Below are positions 20,340 to 32,651 of a stretch of 64,000 nucleotides of DNA, one piece after another. The translations under genes and the position numbers were made by a program. Source of the DNA: an uncultured delta proteobacterium (GTDB lineage Bacteria > Myxococcota > Myxococcia > SLRQ01); NCBI GenBank assembly GCA_963727485.1, contig CAVSGM010000003.1, forward strand, positions 1 to 64,000. Reading direction: 5' to 3'. Position 1 is the first letter of the stretch. Each line of letters opens with the position of its first letter. Below the pieces are notes generated by a model, which worked only from the letters and a program-made list of their open reading frames with translations, was not told the origin of the DNA and searched no databases.

Positions 20340-21647
20340 ATGCCAGCTTCGAAGAACGGAACGTTCAACGGACGACGGGTCGCCATCATCGCTGGGCTTC
20401 GTACGCCCTTCATGAAGAGCGGTACCGCGTTCGCCAACCAGAGCACCCTTGATCTCGCGACCGGCGTCGTCTCCGAGCTGGTCCAGCGGGCCGATCTCGA
20501 TCCCGAGGTCATCGACCAGGTCGTCTATGGCCAGGTGGTCCCCGCCATCGAGACCCCGAACATCGCCCGGGAGGTGGTCCTCGGCACCGGGCTGCCCCGG
20601 AAGATCGAGGCCTACTCGGTGGTCCGCGCCTGCGCCACCAGCACCCAGTCCATCGTCAACGGCGCCATGGCCATCCTCCTCGGCGACGCCGACGTGGTCA
20701 TCGCCGGCGGTGCCGACAGCCTCTCCAAGCCTCCCATCACCTACTCCGACCACTTCGTCGAGGCGCTGATGAAGGCCAACAGCGCCAAGGACCCCATGGG
20801 CAAGCTCCGGGCGTTCGGCGACATCAAGCCCAAGGACCTGCTCCCCAAGCCCCCGGCCATCGCCGAGTTCTCCACCGGCGAGAGCATGGGCGAGAGCGCG
20901 GAGAAGATGGCCAAGGAAAACGGCATCGCCCGCGCCGACCAGGACGCCTTCGCCGTGCGCTCCCACCGGAAGGCCGCCGAGGCCTGGGAGAAGGGCGTGT
21001 ACGCCGACGAGGTGATGCACTTCCCGGTGGGCCCCAAGTTCAAGGAGACGGTCTCCCGGGACGGCCTCATCCGCCCGGACACCACCCTGGAGAAGCTCGC
21101 CGGCCTCAAGCCCGTCTTCGACCGGAAGTACGGGACCGTGACCGCCGCCAACGCCTCGCCCCTCACCGACGGGGCCTCCGCGATCATCCTCATGGACGAG
21201 AAGCGGGCCAAGGCGCTCGGCTTCGAGCCCATCGCCTTCATCCGGTCCTGGGCGTTCGCCGCCCTCGACCCGGCGTGGCAGCTCCTCATGGGGCCCAGCT
21301 TCGCCACCCCCAAGGCCCTCGACAAGGCGGGCCTCAAGCTCGACGACCTCGACGTCATCGACATGCACGAGGCCTTCGCCGCCCAGATGCTCTCCAACCT
21401 GCAGGCCTTCAAGTCCAAGGCCTGGGCCAAGAAGTACCTGGGCCGCGACGAGGCCATCGGCGAGATCCCCGACGAGAAGCTCAACATCTACGGTGGCTCC
21501 ATCAGCCTGGGGCACCCCTTCGCCGCCACCGGCGCGCGTCAGGTGCTCACCATGTCGAAGGAGCTCGAGCGCCGGGGCGGTGGCAAGGCCCTGGTCACCC
21601 AGTGCGCCGCCGGTGGTCTCGGGGCGGCCGTGATCCTGGAGCGATAA
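20340..21647 (+). CDS. fadI: Acetyl-CoA C-acyltransferase (3-ketoacyl-CoA thiolase)
   Basis: GLRTPF, PNIAREVVLGTG, RACATS, NASPLTDGAS, DMHEAFAAQ, GHPFAATG, CAAGGLG. Confidence 0.93.
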   Translation: MPASKNGTFNGRRVAIIAGLRTPFMKSGTAFANQSTLDLATGVVSELVQRADLDPEVIDQVVYGQVVPAIETPNIAREVVLGTGLPRKIEAYSVVRACATSTQSIVNGAMAILLGDADVVIAGGADSLSKPPITYSDHFVEALMKANSAKDPMGKLRAFGDIKPKDLLPKPPAIAEFSTGESMGESAEKMAKENGIARADQDAFAVRSHRKAAEAWEKGVYADEVMHFPVGPKFKETVSRDGLIRPDTTLEKLAGLKPVFDRKYGTVTAANASPLTDGASAIILMDEKRAKALGFEPIAFIRSWAFAALDPAWQLLMGPSFATPKALDKAGLKLDDLDVIDMHEAFAAQMLSNLQAFKSKAWAKKYLGRDEAIGEIPDEKLNIYGGSISLGHPFAATGARQVLTMSKELERRGGGKALVTQCAAGGLGAAVILER

Positions 21648-21658
21648 GGAGAATCGAC

Positions 21659-23887
<2,229 letters not shown>

Positions 23888-24024
23888 CGGTTCTTCTCCC
23901 AGGTCGCCGGCCGTCCGAGGGGGCCGGCCGGCGACGGGATGTGCGGGGCGCTTGCCGAGAGGCGGGCGCCCCGTCGTCGATCCGGGGGGCGGTCGCCGGT
24001 CGCCGGTCGCCGGTCGCGTCGTCT

Positions 24025-24368
24025 CCCGCGCCCCGGCGGGCGGGCCCGGTGCGTGATGCCGGCGCCGAGTGGCACGGAGCCGTTTCCGGAGACGGCCCTG
24101 CGCCACGTGGCGCCGGCATCACTCCGACGTCAGGCCCCGCCGGCACCGGTCGCCAGCCGGCCGGTCTCGATCCGGCAGACATCGGCGCCCGGCTGCCGGC
24201 CATCTCGATCCGGCAGACATCGCCGCCGGTCGCCGGTCGCCGTCGTCCCCCGCGCCCCGGCGGGCGGGCCCGGTGCGTGATGCCGGCGCCGAGTGGCACG
24301 GAGCCGTTTCCGGAGACGGCCCTGCGCCACATGGCGCCGGCATCACTCCGACGTCAGGCCCCGCCGGC
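24025..24368. repeat. Two 120-bp direct repeats (24025-24144, 24249-24368), each with a ~70-nt hairpin; spacer holds a 20-bp direct repeat
   Basis: Copies differ by one base (G/A). Outer stem GTGATGCCGGCGCC...GGCGCCGGCATCAC. TCTCGATCCGGCAGACATCG at 24165-24184 and 24203-24222. Confidence 0.9.
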
Positions 24369-24374
24369 GCCGGC

Positions 24375-25945
24375 TCACCCCTCCGAGTACCGGTCCCGCA
24401 GCTCCCGCTTCAACAGCTTCCCCGCGGTGTTCCGGGGCAGGTCGTGGACGAACACGACCTTCTTGGGCACCTTGAACGGCGCCAGGTGCGCCTTGGCGTG
24501 GGCGGTGAGCTCGGCGGCGCTCGCCGACTCCCCGGCCTTGAGCACCACGATGGCGGTGATCGCCTCGATCCACCGGTCGTCCGGCAGCCCCACCACCGCC
24601 ACCTCGGAGACCGCCGGGTGGGTGAAGAGCGCTTCCTCCACCTCGCGGCTCGAGACCACCACCCCGCCGGTGTTGATGACGTCCTTGATGCGGTCGACGA
24701 TGAACAGGTACCCGCCGGCGTCGAGCGTCCCCACGTCGCCGGAGTGGAACCACCCGCCCCGGAAGGCCGCCTCGGTCTCCTCGGGCTTGTCCCAGTAGCC
24801 CACCAGCAGCTGCGGCGAGCGGTGGACGATCTCCCCCTGCTCGCCCACGGGGACGTCGGCCATGGTCTCGGGATCCACCACCCGGGTCTGGACGTTCAAG
24901 ATGGGCCGGCCCGCCGACGCCGGGCGGTCGTCGTGCTCCTCGGGCAGGAGCACCGTGGCCAGCGGCCCGATCTCGCTCTGGCCGTAGCAGTTGTAGAAGT
25001 TGGCGCTGGCCAGCCGCGCGCGCAGCTCCTCGAGGACCGGGACCGGCATGATCGAGGCGCCGTAGTAGATCTTCGAGAGGCTGGAGAGGTCGTGGGTGTC
25101 GAAGTCCGGGTGGCGCAGCAGCGAGATCCACACCGTGGGCGGGGCGAAGAAGCCCCGGATGCCCTCGTTCTCGATCACCGGGAAGCAGGCGTCGGGGACC
25201 GGCGCCGGGAGCAGGAAGGTCGTCACCCCGGCCAGCAGGCCCGGCAGGAGGAACACGTGCATCTGCGCCGAGTGGTAGAGGGGCAGGGCGGCGAGCTGGG
25301 GGTCGCTGCCCTGGATGTCCAGGACCGGGATGCAGCTCATGTAGTGGGCCATGAGCGCCCGGTGGGTCATCATCGCGCCCTTGGGGGCGGCGGTGGTCCC
25401 GGAGGTGTAGAGGATTCTGGGTCACCGCGTCGTCGTCGATGTCGACGTCCACCGGCTCCACCGGGGCCCCGTCCACCACCGTCTCCAGGAGGCTCGGGTC
25501 GTCGCCGTGCGGCCGGGCCGTTGAGGCGCAGGTAGTGCTCGGCGCCCACCCGCCCCCGGACCTGGGTGAGCGGCGCCTCGAGCTCGGGATCGTAGAGCAC
25601 CGCCCGGGCGCCGCACTGGCCCAGGATGTAGGCGAGCTCGTCGCCGGTCAGCGCGAAGTTCACCGGGACGTGGATGAGCCCCGCCCGGGCGCAGGCGAGA
25701 AACGCCATGGCGTAGACGTCCGAGTTCTTGCCGTAGGCGGCGACCCGGTCGCCGGTCTTGAGACCCAGGTCGAGGAGCTGGCGGGCCACCCGGTCCACCG
25801 CCTGGTCGAAGGCGGTGAAGGTGTGGCGGCGCTCGCCGAAGACCAGGGCGAGCTTCTCGGGGGTGCGGGCGGCGCTGCGGCGCAGGGCGTCGCCGAGGGT
25901 GTTGCGGGTGACGCGGCGGATGACGGGGTCTTCGGGCCGGGGCAT
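24375..25945 (-). CDS. Fatty acyl-CoA synthetase (AMP-binding); frameshifts at ~25415 and ~25515
   Basis: Corrected P-loop QILYTSGTTAAPKG; YGQSE, WFHSGD, DRIKDVI, LPRNTAGKLLKR. Confidence 0.9.
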
Positions 25946-26106
25946 GGGGCGGCTCCTGGGGTGACGGGTGGCGCCTGGGCGCAGGCGGGTCAGCCCATGG
26001 GTACGGACTCGATCCCCAGGGGTCAATGCGGCAGGTCAGGGCGCGCCGGCAAAGGTCGCCAGCCGCCGCCGGGCGCCGATCGGCCACCGGTGCTACCCTC
26101 CGCCCC

Positions 26107-27045
26107 ATGACCGCGCACCCCCCCTTCAGCAGCGACGCGGCGAAGCGGGACCGGGCCCCCGCCGACGCCGCCACCGTGGTCCTCCTCCGGGACCGCCCGT
26201 CGGGGGACGACCTGGAGATCCTCTTCGTCCGCCGGCACCAGAGAAGCGCCTTCATGGCCGGGGCCTACGTGTTCCCCGGTGGGCGCCTCGACGCCGCCGA
26301 CCAGGCCCCGGACGCCCTCGCGCGCCTCCCTGAAGGCGCCGTCGACGCCTGCGCCGCCCGCCTCGATCCGACGCCCGGCCACCCGCTTCCCCCCGAGGCC
26401 GCCGCGGGCCTCCACGTCGCCGCCTGCCGGGAGCTCTTCGAGGAGGCCGGGGTGCTGCTGGCCCGGGACCCCGGCCGCGCCGCCCCGGCCGAGGGCCCCG
26501 AGGCCTGGCTCGAGGCGAGGCGCGAGGTCCACGAGGGCGAGCGCGCCTTCGCCGCGGTCCTCGCCGAGGCGGACCTCCACCTGGAGCTCGACGACCTCGC
26601 CTACGCCGCCCACTGGATCACCCCCAGCTTCGAGAAGCGCCGCTTCGACGCGAGGTTCTTCCTCGCCCGCTTCCCCGCCGGGCAGACCGCGCGCTACGAC
26701 GCCGAGGAGACGGTGGACCAGAAGTGGCTCACCCCCGAGCAGGCGCTCGCGGCCCACGCCGCCAAGGAGATTGTGCTGCCCCCGCCGACCCTGCGGACCG
26801 TGGAGGACCTCCGGGCGCACGGCACCGTCGCCGAGGCCCTGGCCGAAGCCCGCGCCCGCGAGGTGGCGCCGATCCTCCCCAAGGTCGGCCAGGCCGGCGA
26901 CGCCATGGGCATCCTGCTCCCCTGGGACCCCCTCTACGCCGAGACCGAGGGCGAGGGCCTTGCCCTCGAGGGCCCCCACCCCATGGCCGGCGGGATCTCC
27001 CGGGTGGTCCTGGTGGACGGGCGCTGGGTGAGCCGGTCGGCCTGA
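26107..27045 (+). CDS. Nudix hydrolase (Nudt19-like acyl-CoA diphosphatase)
   Basis: AATVVLLRD, FMAGAYVFPGG, RELFEEAG, HWITP, RRFDARFF, LPPPT. Confidence 0.85.
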   Translation: MTAHPPFSSDAAKRDRAPADAATVVLLRDRPSGDDLEILFVRRHQRSAFMAGAYVFPGGRLDAADQAPDALARLPEGAVDACAARLDPTPGHPLPPEAAAGLHVAACRELFEEAGVLLARDPGRAAPAEGPEAWLEARREVHEGERAFAAVLAEADLHLELDDLAYAAHWITPSFEKRRFDARFFLARFPAGQTARYDAEETVDQKWLTPEQALAAHAAKEIVLPPPTLRTVEDLRAHGTVAEALAEARAREVAPILPKVGQAGDAMGILLPWDPLYAETEGEGLALEGPHPMAGGISRVVLVDGRWVSRSA

Positions 27046-27060
27046 GCGGTCCGGGACGTC

Positions 27061-27807
27061 CTAGGCCCCGGGCGCCGTCCTCGGGCGCCGGACCACGAGC
27101 AGCCCGAGCACCAGCGCCACGGGCAGGGCGAAGGGGAGCGCCGTGGCCGCTGAGACACAGTGCCAGCCGAGGGTCCAGAAGCGCCGGGTGGCGCCGAGCC
27201 GCCGGCCCACCGGACCGCCGAGGCTTCCGTCCGCCTCCCCGATGCCGAGGGTCCCGGGGAGGCCCCGGATCCACTTGCGCCACATGTGGACACCGGTGAT
27301 GAACGGCAGGATCGTGGCCGCCCGGAGGAGGTGCCCCGGGGGTGGCCCCGTCGCCGCGAACTGCGGCGCCACGCCCACCGGTCGCGTGCCCTCCCGCGGC
27401 ACGTGGAGGGTCACCTTCCGGCCCTGGCGCTCGACGGTGAGGTCGATGGGGCCCGGGTGGGTGCCCACGGCCTCGCGGACCGCCGCCCAGGTCTTCACCG
27501 GCTGGCCGGCGACCGCGGTCACCCGGTCGCCGGCGCGTACCCCGGCCCGGGCCGCGGGATGCGTGGGGATCGGCGTCACCACCGTGGTGGGCACCGTCGA
27601 GGGTCGGGTGGCCCACACCAGGAAGAGGACCGCCACCAGTACGTGGACCACGATCGGGGAGGCGAGCCCCGTGAGCCACCGGCGCCACGCCGGCGCCGCC
27701 TTCACGGGAGCGGCGTGCCCCAGTCTTAGGGGCACCCTCAGGGCGCGGGCGAGACCTGCCTCGGCGGCGAGGCCGGCGAGGGGCAGCACGAAGAGGTAGA
27801 AGAGCAC
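27061..27807 (-). CDS. Membrane protein with PDZ domain (RseP/M50-like remnant)
   Basis: RBS GGAGG before GTG; TM segments; HPAARAGVRAGDRVTAVAGQPVKTW (PDZ); LGGPVG; no HExxH. Confidence 0.55.
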   Translation of the reverse strand: MLFYLFVLPLAGLAAEAGLARALRVPLRLGHAAPVKAAPAWRRWLTGLASPIVVHVLVAVLFLVWATRPSTVPTTVVTPIPTHPAARAGVRAGDRVTAVAGQPVKTWAAVREAVGTHPGPIDLTVERQGRKVTLHVPREGTRPVGVAPQFAATGPPPGHLLRAATILPFITGVHMWRKWIRGLPGTLGIGEADGSLGGPVGRRLGATRRFWTLGWHCVSAATALPFALPVALVLGLLVVRRPRTAPGA

Positions 27808-27882
27808 CGGGGCCTCCGATCAGTAGCCCTGGCGAGTCTACCCTGGGGGCCCTGGCGCGTGGAGATGCCCCGCCGCGGCCTG

Positions 27883-29310
27883 CTACGCCACCCGCCGTTC
27901 GGGCCGCTGGCCCCGGGACGTCAGCGTCGCCGGCACCCCGCCCAGCGGCCGCAGCGTCAGCGTCGGGTCGATGGCCACCCGGTGCCCCTCGGCGACCTTC
28001 ACCTCGAAGCGCTGGGCCAACGTCGCCAGGACCAGCGGCGCCTCGGCCAGCGCGAAGTGGTCGCCCATGCACTGGCGCGGCCCGGCGCCAAACGGCAGGA
28101 ACGCCAGCCTGGGCCGGCCCTCACTGCGCTCGGGGAGGAAGCGATCGGGGTCGAAGGCGTCCGGGTTCTCCCAGTACTCGGGGCTCCGGTGGATGCTGTA
28201 GATGGACAGGGTGATGTCGGTGCCCTTCGCCACCTCGTAGCCGCAGAGGGTGTCGTCGTCCGCGGCCCGGCGCCCCACCGCCCACGCCGGCGGGTAGAGG
28301 CGCAGCGCCTCGTCGATGACCCGGGTGGTGTAGCCGAGGCGCGGCAGGTCTTCCAGGGTGGGGGTGCGGCCGGCGAGGACGGTGTCGAGCTCGGCGTGGA
28401 GCCGCGCGGCGGCCTCGGGGTGCTTGCCGAGGAGGAGGAAGGTCCAGGCGAGGGTGTTGGCGGTGGTCTCGTGGCCGGCGAGCAGCAGGGTCATCACCTC
28501 GTCCCGGAGCTGCTGGTCGTCCATGCCCTCGCCGGTGTCGGCGTCCCGGGCGGAGAGGAGCATGCCCAAGAGGTCGGTGCCCGGCTCGGGGGCGGCGCGG
28601 CGGGCGTCGATGATCCGCCACACGGTGGCGTCGAGGCGGGCGAGGGCGCGCCGGAACCGGAGGTTCCCCGGGGTGGGCCAGGTGCGGGGCAGGGAGACCA
28701 GGCTCGCGGTCTGCTTGTCGGCCCAGCGGAGGACCTCGGTGAGGTCGGTGCCGAAGGTGTCGAGGCCGCCGGCGAGGTCGGCGCCGAAGAGGGTGCGGGC
28801 GGCGATGGCCAGGGTGAGCCGGGCCATCTGTGCCGCCACGTCCACCGTCTCGCCGCGGTCGGCGAAGCCCTGCCAGCGATCGGCGGTCTCCTCGGCGACG
28901 CCGGTCATGGTGGACGCCATCGCCGCGATCTGGGGCTTGTGGAACGCCGGCTGGGCCAGGCGCCGCTGGCGTCGCCACAGATCGCCCTCGCTGGTCACCA
29001 GGCCCTTGCCGATGAACGGCTCGAGCATCTGGTACATGGGGCTCTTGGGGTAGTTGCGCTGGTTGGCCACCAGGATGCGGTGGGCGGCCTCGGCGTCGCT
29101 GACGATGAGCTGGCCTCCCGGGCGGCCCTTGACGCCGACGAAGAAGATCTCGCCGTGCCGCTTCACCATCTCGGTGAGCCCGGCGAGGCGGGCGGGGCCG
29201 GAGCGGGCCAGGGCGAAGACGCCCTTGAGCCCGGCGCTCGGCGGGGTGAGGGGTGCCGGGGTCTTCGGCCGGCGGCGGAGCTCGGGGTGGGTGGTGGCGG
29301 CCTGGGTCAT
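27883..29310 (-). CDS. Cytochrome P450
   Basis: AGHETT, EALRLYPP, FDPDRF, heme motif FGAGPRQCMG. Confidence 0.96.
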   Translation of the reverse strand: MTQAATTHPELRRRPKTPAPLTPPSAGLKGVFALARSGPARLAGLTEMVKRHGEIFFVGVKGRPGGQLIVSDAEAAHRILVANQRNYPKSPMYQMLEPFIGKGLVTSEGDLWRRQRRLAQPAFHKPQIAAMASTMTGVAEETADRWQGFADRGETVDVAAQMARLTLAIAARTLFGADLAGGLDTFGTDLTEVLRWADKQTASLVSLPRTWPTPGNLRFRRALARLDATVWRIIDARRAAPEPGTDLLGMLLSARDADTGEGMDDQQLRDEVMTLLLAGHETTANTLAWTFLLLGKHPEAAARLHAELDTVLAGRTPTLEDLPRLGYTTRVIDEALRLYPPAWAVGRRAADDDTLCGYEVAKGTDITLSIYSIHRSPEYWENPDAFDPDRFLPERSEGRPRLAFLPFGAGPRQCMGDHFALAEAPLVLATLAQRFEVKVAEGHRVAIDPTLTLRPLGGVPATLTSRGQRPERRVA

Positions 29311-29376
29311 GGTGGCCTCGGTTGGCTGACCCCGGGGGGTCGCCGGGGTAGGATGTGAGCGGCGTTCTTCGGAAAC

Positions 29377-29413
29377 CTGAGGAAAGTCTCAGCTAAGTAT
29401 GAGCCTCTCCTCA
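29377..29413. promoter_or_regulatory. Two TGAG-N6-CTCA palindromes, putative TetR operators
   Basis: CTGAG-GAAAGT-CTCAG (29377-29392) and TGAG-CCTCTC-CTCA (29400-29413), 22 bp apart, between divergent P450 and TetR genes. Confidence 0.65.
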
Positions 29414-29438
29414 CATACGCAAGCCGGGAGGCGACCCC

Positions 29439-30218
29439 ATGGCGGGGACGAGGAAGAAGGCGGCGAAGGGCGGGAAGGCGGCCCGGGGGCCGGCGGGGAA
29501 GAAGCCGGCGAAGCGGGCGGCCCCGGCGAAGCAGCGCCCGGCGAAGCAGCGCCCGGCGAAGCAGCCGGTCCCCCGGAAGGCGGCGCCCGCGGCGCCCCCG
29601 CCCCCGCCGGACGCCGGCCGCCGCATCCCCGCCCAGGCGAGGAGCCGCGCCCGCCTCGAGCGCATCCTCGACGCCGCCGCGGCGATCTTCGACGAGGTGG
29701 GCTACGAGGCGGCGACCACCGACGCCATCGCCCACCGCGCCGAGACCTCCATCGGGTCCATCTACCAGTTCTTTCCCAACAAGGACGCCGTCTTCGAGGC
29801 CCTGGCCGCCCGGCTCCGCGCCGACATCCGCGCGGTCTTCGAGGATCTGGCGACCCCCGAGGTGGCCACCCTCCCCCTCGAGGCCCTCATCGACCGCTTC
29901 CTCGCCACCTACGTGGGCTTCCTGCGCACCCGCCCCGGGGCCCGGGCGCTGCTCCGGGGCATCCCGGGCAGCGCCGAGCTCGCCGCCGGGGAGGCGGCCC
30001 TCCAGCGGGAGTTCGGGGACCGGGTGGCGCTGCTCCTGGCGTTCCGGGGCCAGGGCCTCTCACCGGCGCGGCGGCAGCTGGTGGCCACGGTGGTGGTCCA
30101 CGCTACCAGCGCCCTGATGCTGGTGGCGCTCCGTGACGACGCGCCCGGCTTCGGCGACCGGGTGATCGCCGAGGCCCGGAAGATCATGGTCGCCTACCTC
30201 GGGCCCTACCTGGGGTAG
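29439..30218 (+). CDS. TetR/AcrR family regulator with K/A/P-rich N-terminal extension
   Basis: PAQARSRARLERILDAA...GYEAATTDAIAHRAETSIGSIYQFFPNK; RBS GGAGG. Confidence 0.92.
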   Translation: MAGTRKKAAKGGKAARGPAGKKPAKRAAPAKQRPAKQRPAKQPVPRKAAPAAPPPPPDAGRRIPAQARSRARLERILDAAAAIFDEVGYEAATTDAIAHRAETSIGSIYQFFPNKDAVFEALAARLRADIRAVFEDLATPEVATLPLEALIDRFLATYVGFLRTRPGARALLRGIPGSAELAAGEAALQREFGDRVALLLAFRGQGLSPARRQLVATVVVHATSALMLVALRDDAPGFGDRVIAEARKIMVAYLGPYLG

Positions 30219-30239
30219 GGCTCCCGGCGCCCGTCCGGA

Positions 30240-32551
30240 TCAGGGGCACCCCACGGGCTTGTTGTGCACCAGGACGCCGCCGGCGAAGTAGTCGTGGACC
30301 CCGGCGACCTCGAGGTTGTAGGTGCGCATCCCCCCCGGGACCCGGGTGATGGACACCACCGGCGTGGGCCGCACCGCCCCGTGGGCACCGACCTCGAGGA
30401 GCATGTCCCCCACCCGGAGGTGATCCGCCCGCACCCAGGCGCCGCCGGCGTAGAACGGATGGTCGGGGGTGACCCGCAGGTGGCCGTTGACCACCAGGGT
30501 GGTCGGGGTCGCCGCCGCCGGATGGAGGAAGGTCTTGAGGACCCGCGCCGCCTCCACCCGGCCGGTGGCGGTGTCGTAGCCGAGGACCTCGTCGCCCACC
30601 CGCACCGCCTCGATGGCCCGGGTGCCGCCGCCGGCGAGGCGGATGGGGGTGCCGGCGACGAAGCAGGTGGGGGCGCAGCTCCCGCTCTTGCAGATGTCCC
30701 CGGTGAAGCAGCTGTTGCCGCAGCTGCCGCAGTCGTTGCAGGTGGAGACGCTGATGCAGGTGCCGCCGCAGCAGGCGGAGCCGGTCCCGCAGCCGGTGTT
30801 GTTCGGGGCGGGGCTCCAGGCGGTGGTGCTCGACGAGGGGACGCACGCCTGGCACGTCGCGGCAGGATCGAGGGCCCCGGAGGCGTAGAACCGGCCGCCG
30901 ATGTCGCAGCCGGCCACGCAGCCGCCCGAGCCGTCGCAGATGAGCCCGCCGCCGCAGGCGGTCCCCATGGAGGCATCCGGGTAGCTGCAGCTCCCTGTCT
31001 GGGGGGCGCAGGTGGCCCCGGCCGACACCTTGCAGGTCGGGGGGGCGTTGCAGGTCACCGGCGCGGTGGTCTGGGTGCAGCTGCCGTTCTGGCAGGTGTC
31101 GACGCCGTTGCAGAGGTTCCCGTCGTCGCAGCTCGTGCCCCCTGCCACCTGCGACCAGCTGGAGGTCGACCGGCTCGGGGTGCAGACCAGGCAGGGGTTG
31201 GACGGGTCCTTGCTCCCCGAGGCGTAGACGGTGCCGCCGATGTCGCAGCCGGCCGCGCAGGCGCCGGACGCAAGACAGATCAGGCCGCTGCCGCAGCTCG
31301 TCCCCTTGGGGACCTGGGGGTGGCCGCAGGTCCCCGACACGCACACGTCGTCGGTGCACGGGTCGCTGTCGCTGGCGCACGCCGTGGCGCTGCCGAGGTT
31401 CGTCCACGCCGTGGTCGACACTAGGGATCGCACGCCTGGCAGGCGTTGCCCGGACGGGTCGCGTTCGGGGCTTCGAAGCTCCCGCCGATGAAGCAGCCGC
31501 TGCGGCAGGTGCCGCCGCCGTCGCACACCCGCCCGGTGCCGCAGCTCCCCCCGCCCGCCGTCGCCGGGTGGGTGCAGGTGCCCGAGGTGCACACGTCGTC
31601 GGTGCAGGTGTTGCCGTCGTCGGTGCAGGCCGTGGCGTCGGCCACGTTCGACCAGGCGGTCTTGGAGACGGTGGGGTCGCAGAGCTGGCACGCGTCGGCC
31701 GGGTTCTTCGTCCCCGCCGGGTAGCTGTTCTGGCCGATGACGCAGCCCACGTTGCAGGTCCCGCTGGCGTTGCAGGTGCCGGTGCCGCTGCAGGCGCTGC
31801 CCGCGGCCACCGGGGGGTGGGCGCAGACGCCGGCGGCGCAGACGTCGTCGGTGCAGTCGTTGCCGTCGCTGGCGCAGGCGGTTCCGTCGGCCGCGGCCAG
31901 GTGGCTGCACGTCCCCGAGACGCAGACGTCGTTGGTGCAGTCGTTCCCATCGCCGGCGCAGGCGCTGGCGTCGGGCGCGGCCACGAAGGCCGTGGGGTCC
32001 TGGGCCGGATCACAGCGCTGGCAGAGGTTCCCCGGCGCGGGGTCGCCCACGGCGTAGGTGGCGCCACCGATGAGGCAACCGGCGGTGCAGCTGCCGCCGA
32101 CACACACGCCCGCGGCACCGCCGGTGGTGCACCCGGTGCCGTCGGCGCAGCCCGTACACGCAGTCGAGCCGGCGGTGAGGCAGGCCCCTCCGTCGGCGCC
32201 GCCCCCGTCGCCCTGGCCGCCGTCGCCGACCCCGCCGTCGCCGACCCCGCCGTCGCCGACCCCGCCGTCGCCGACCCCGCCGTCGCCGACCCCGCCGTCC
32301 CGACCCCCGTCGGACCCGCCGGACTGGCCCCCGCCGTCGCGCATGCCCCCATCCCCGCCCTGGCCACCGTCGACGTGGTCCGGCTGGAGGCACACGCCGC
32401 CGCTGCAGATGAGCCCCGCGGCGCAGCCCCCGTCGGGGTCACAGGGAAAGCCCTCGCGCTGGCTGTCCACGTTCACCCCGCAGGCGAGCATCGATCCCGC
32501 GGCGAGGACGGCGAGGGCCAGGGGCAGGCGGCGGCGGGCGGAGTCGGTCAT
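30240..32551 (-). CDS. Cys-rich repeat lipoprotein with C-terminal Hint domain; frameshift at ~31424
   Basis: Signal ending MLAC, DGG linker, repeated Cys modules; Hint at 30261-30665 (CFVAGT...TPDHPF...TYNLEV...VLVHN|KPVGCP). Confidence 0.85.
32220..32294. repeat. Five perfect 15-bp tandem repeats encoding a (GVGDG)n linker
   Basis: CCGTCGCCGACCCCG x5. Confidence 0.9.
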
Positions 32552-32651
32552 GGGGAAGGCCTGGGGCACGTGGGTGCGTGGGGAAGAGGCCCCGGCATGC
32601 TACCGCGCGGGTCCGGAGTGGACCAGCCACCGCCCATCGGCCTCCGCGGGA

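Noticed and set aside
24025..24368. CRISPR array
   Set aside because: Only two long copies, no repeat-spacer periodicity and no cas genes.
30261..30665. Canonical splicing intein or homing element
   Set aside because: No endonuclease domain, +1 residue is Lys, and the C-flank is only 6 aa.
32220..32294. 15-bp tandem repeat as a phase-variation switch
   Set aside because: The unit is a multiple of 3 and encodes an ordinary Gly/Asp linker; similar DGG linkers occur at ~51230-51340 and ~56600-56670.
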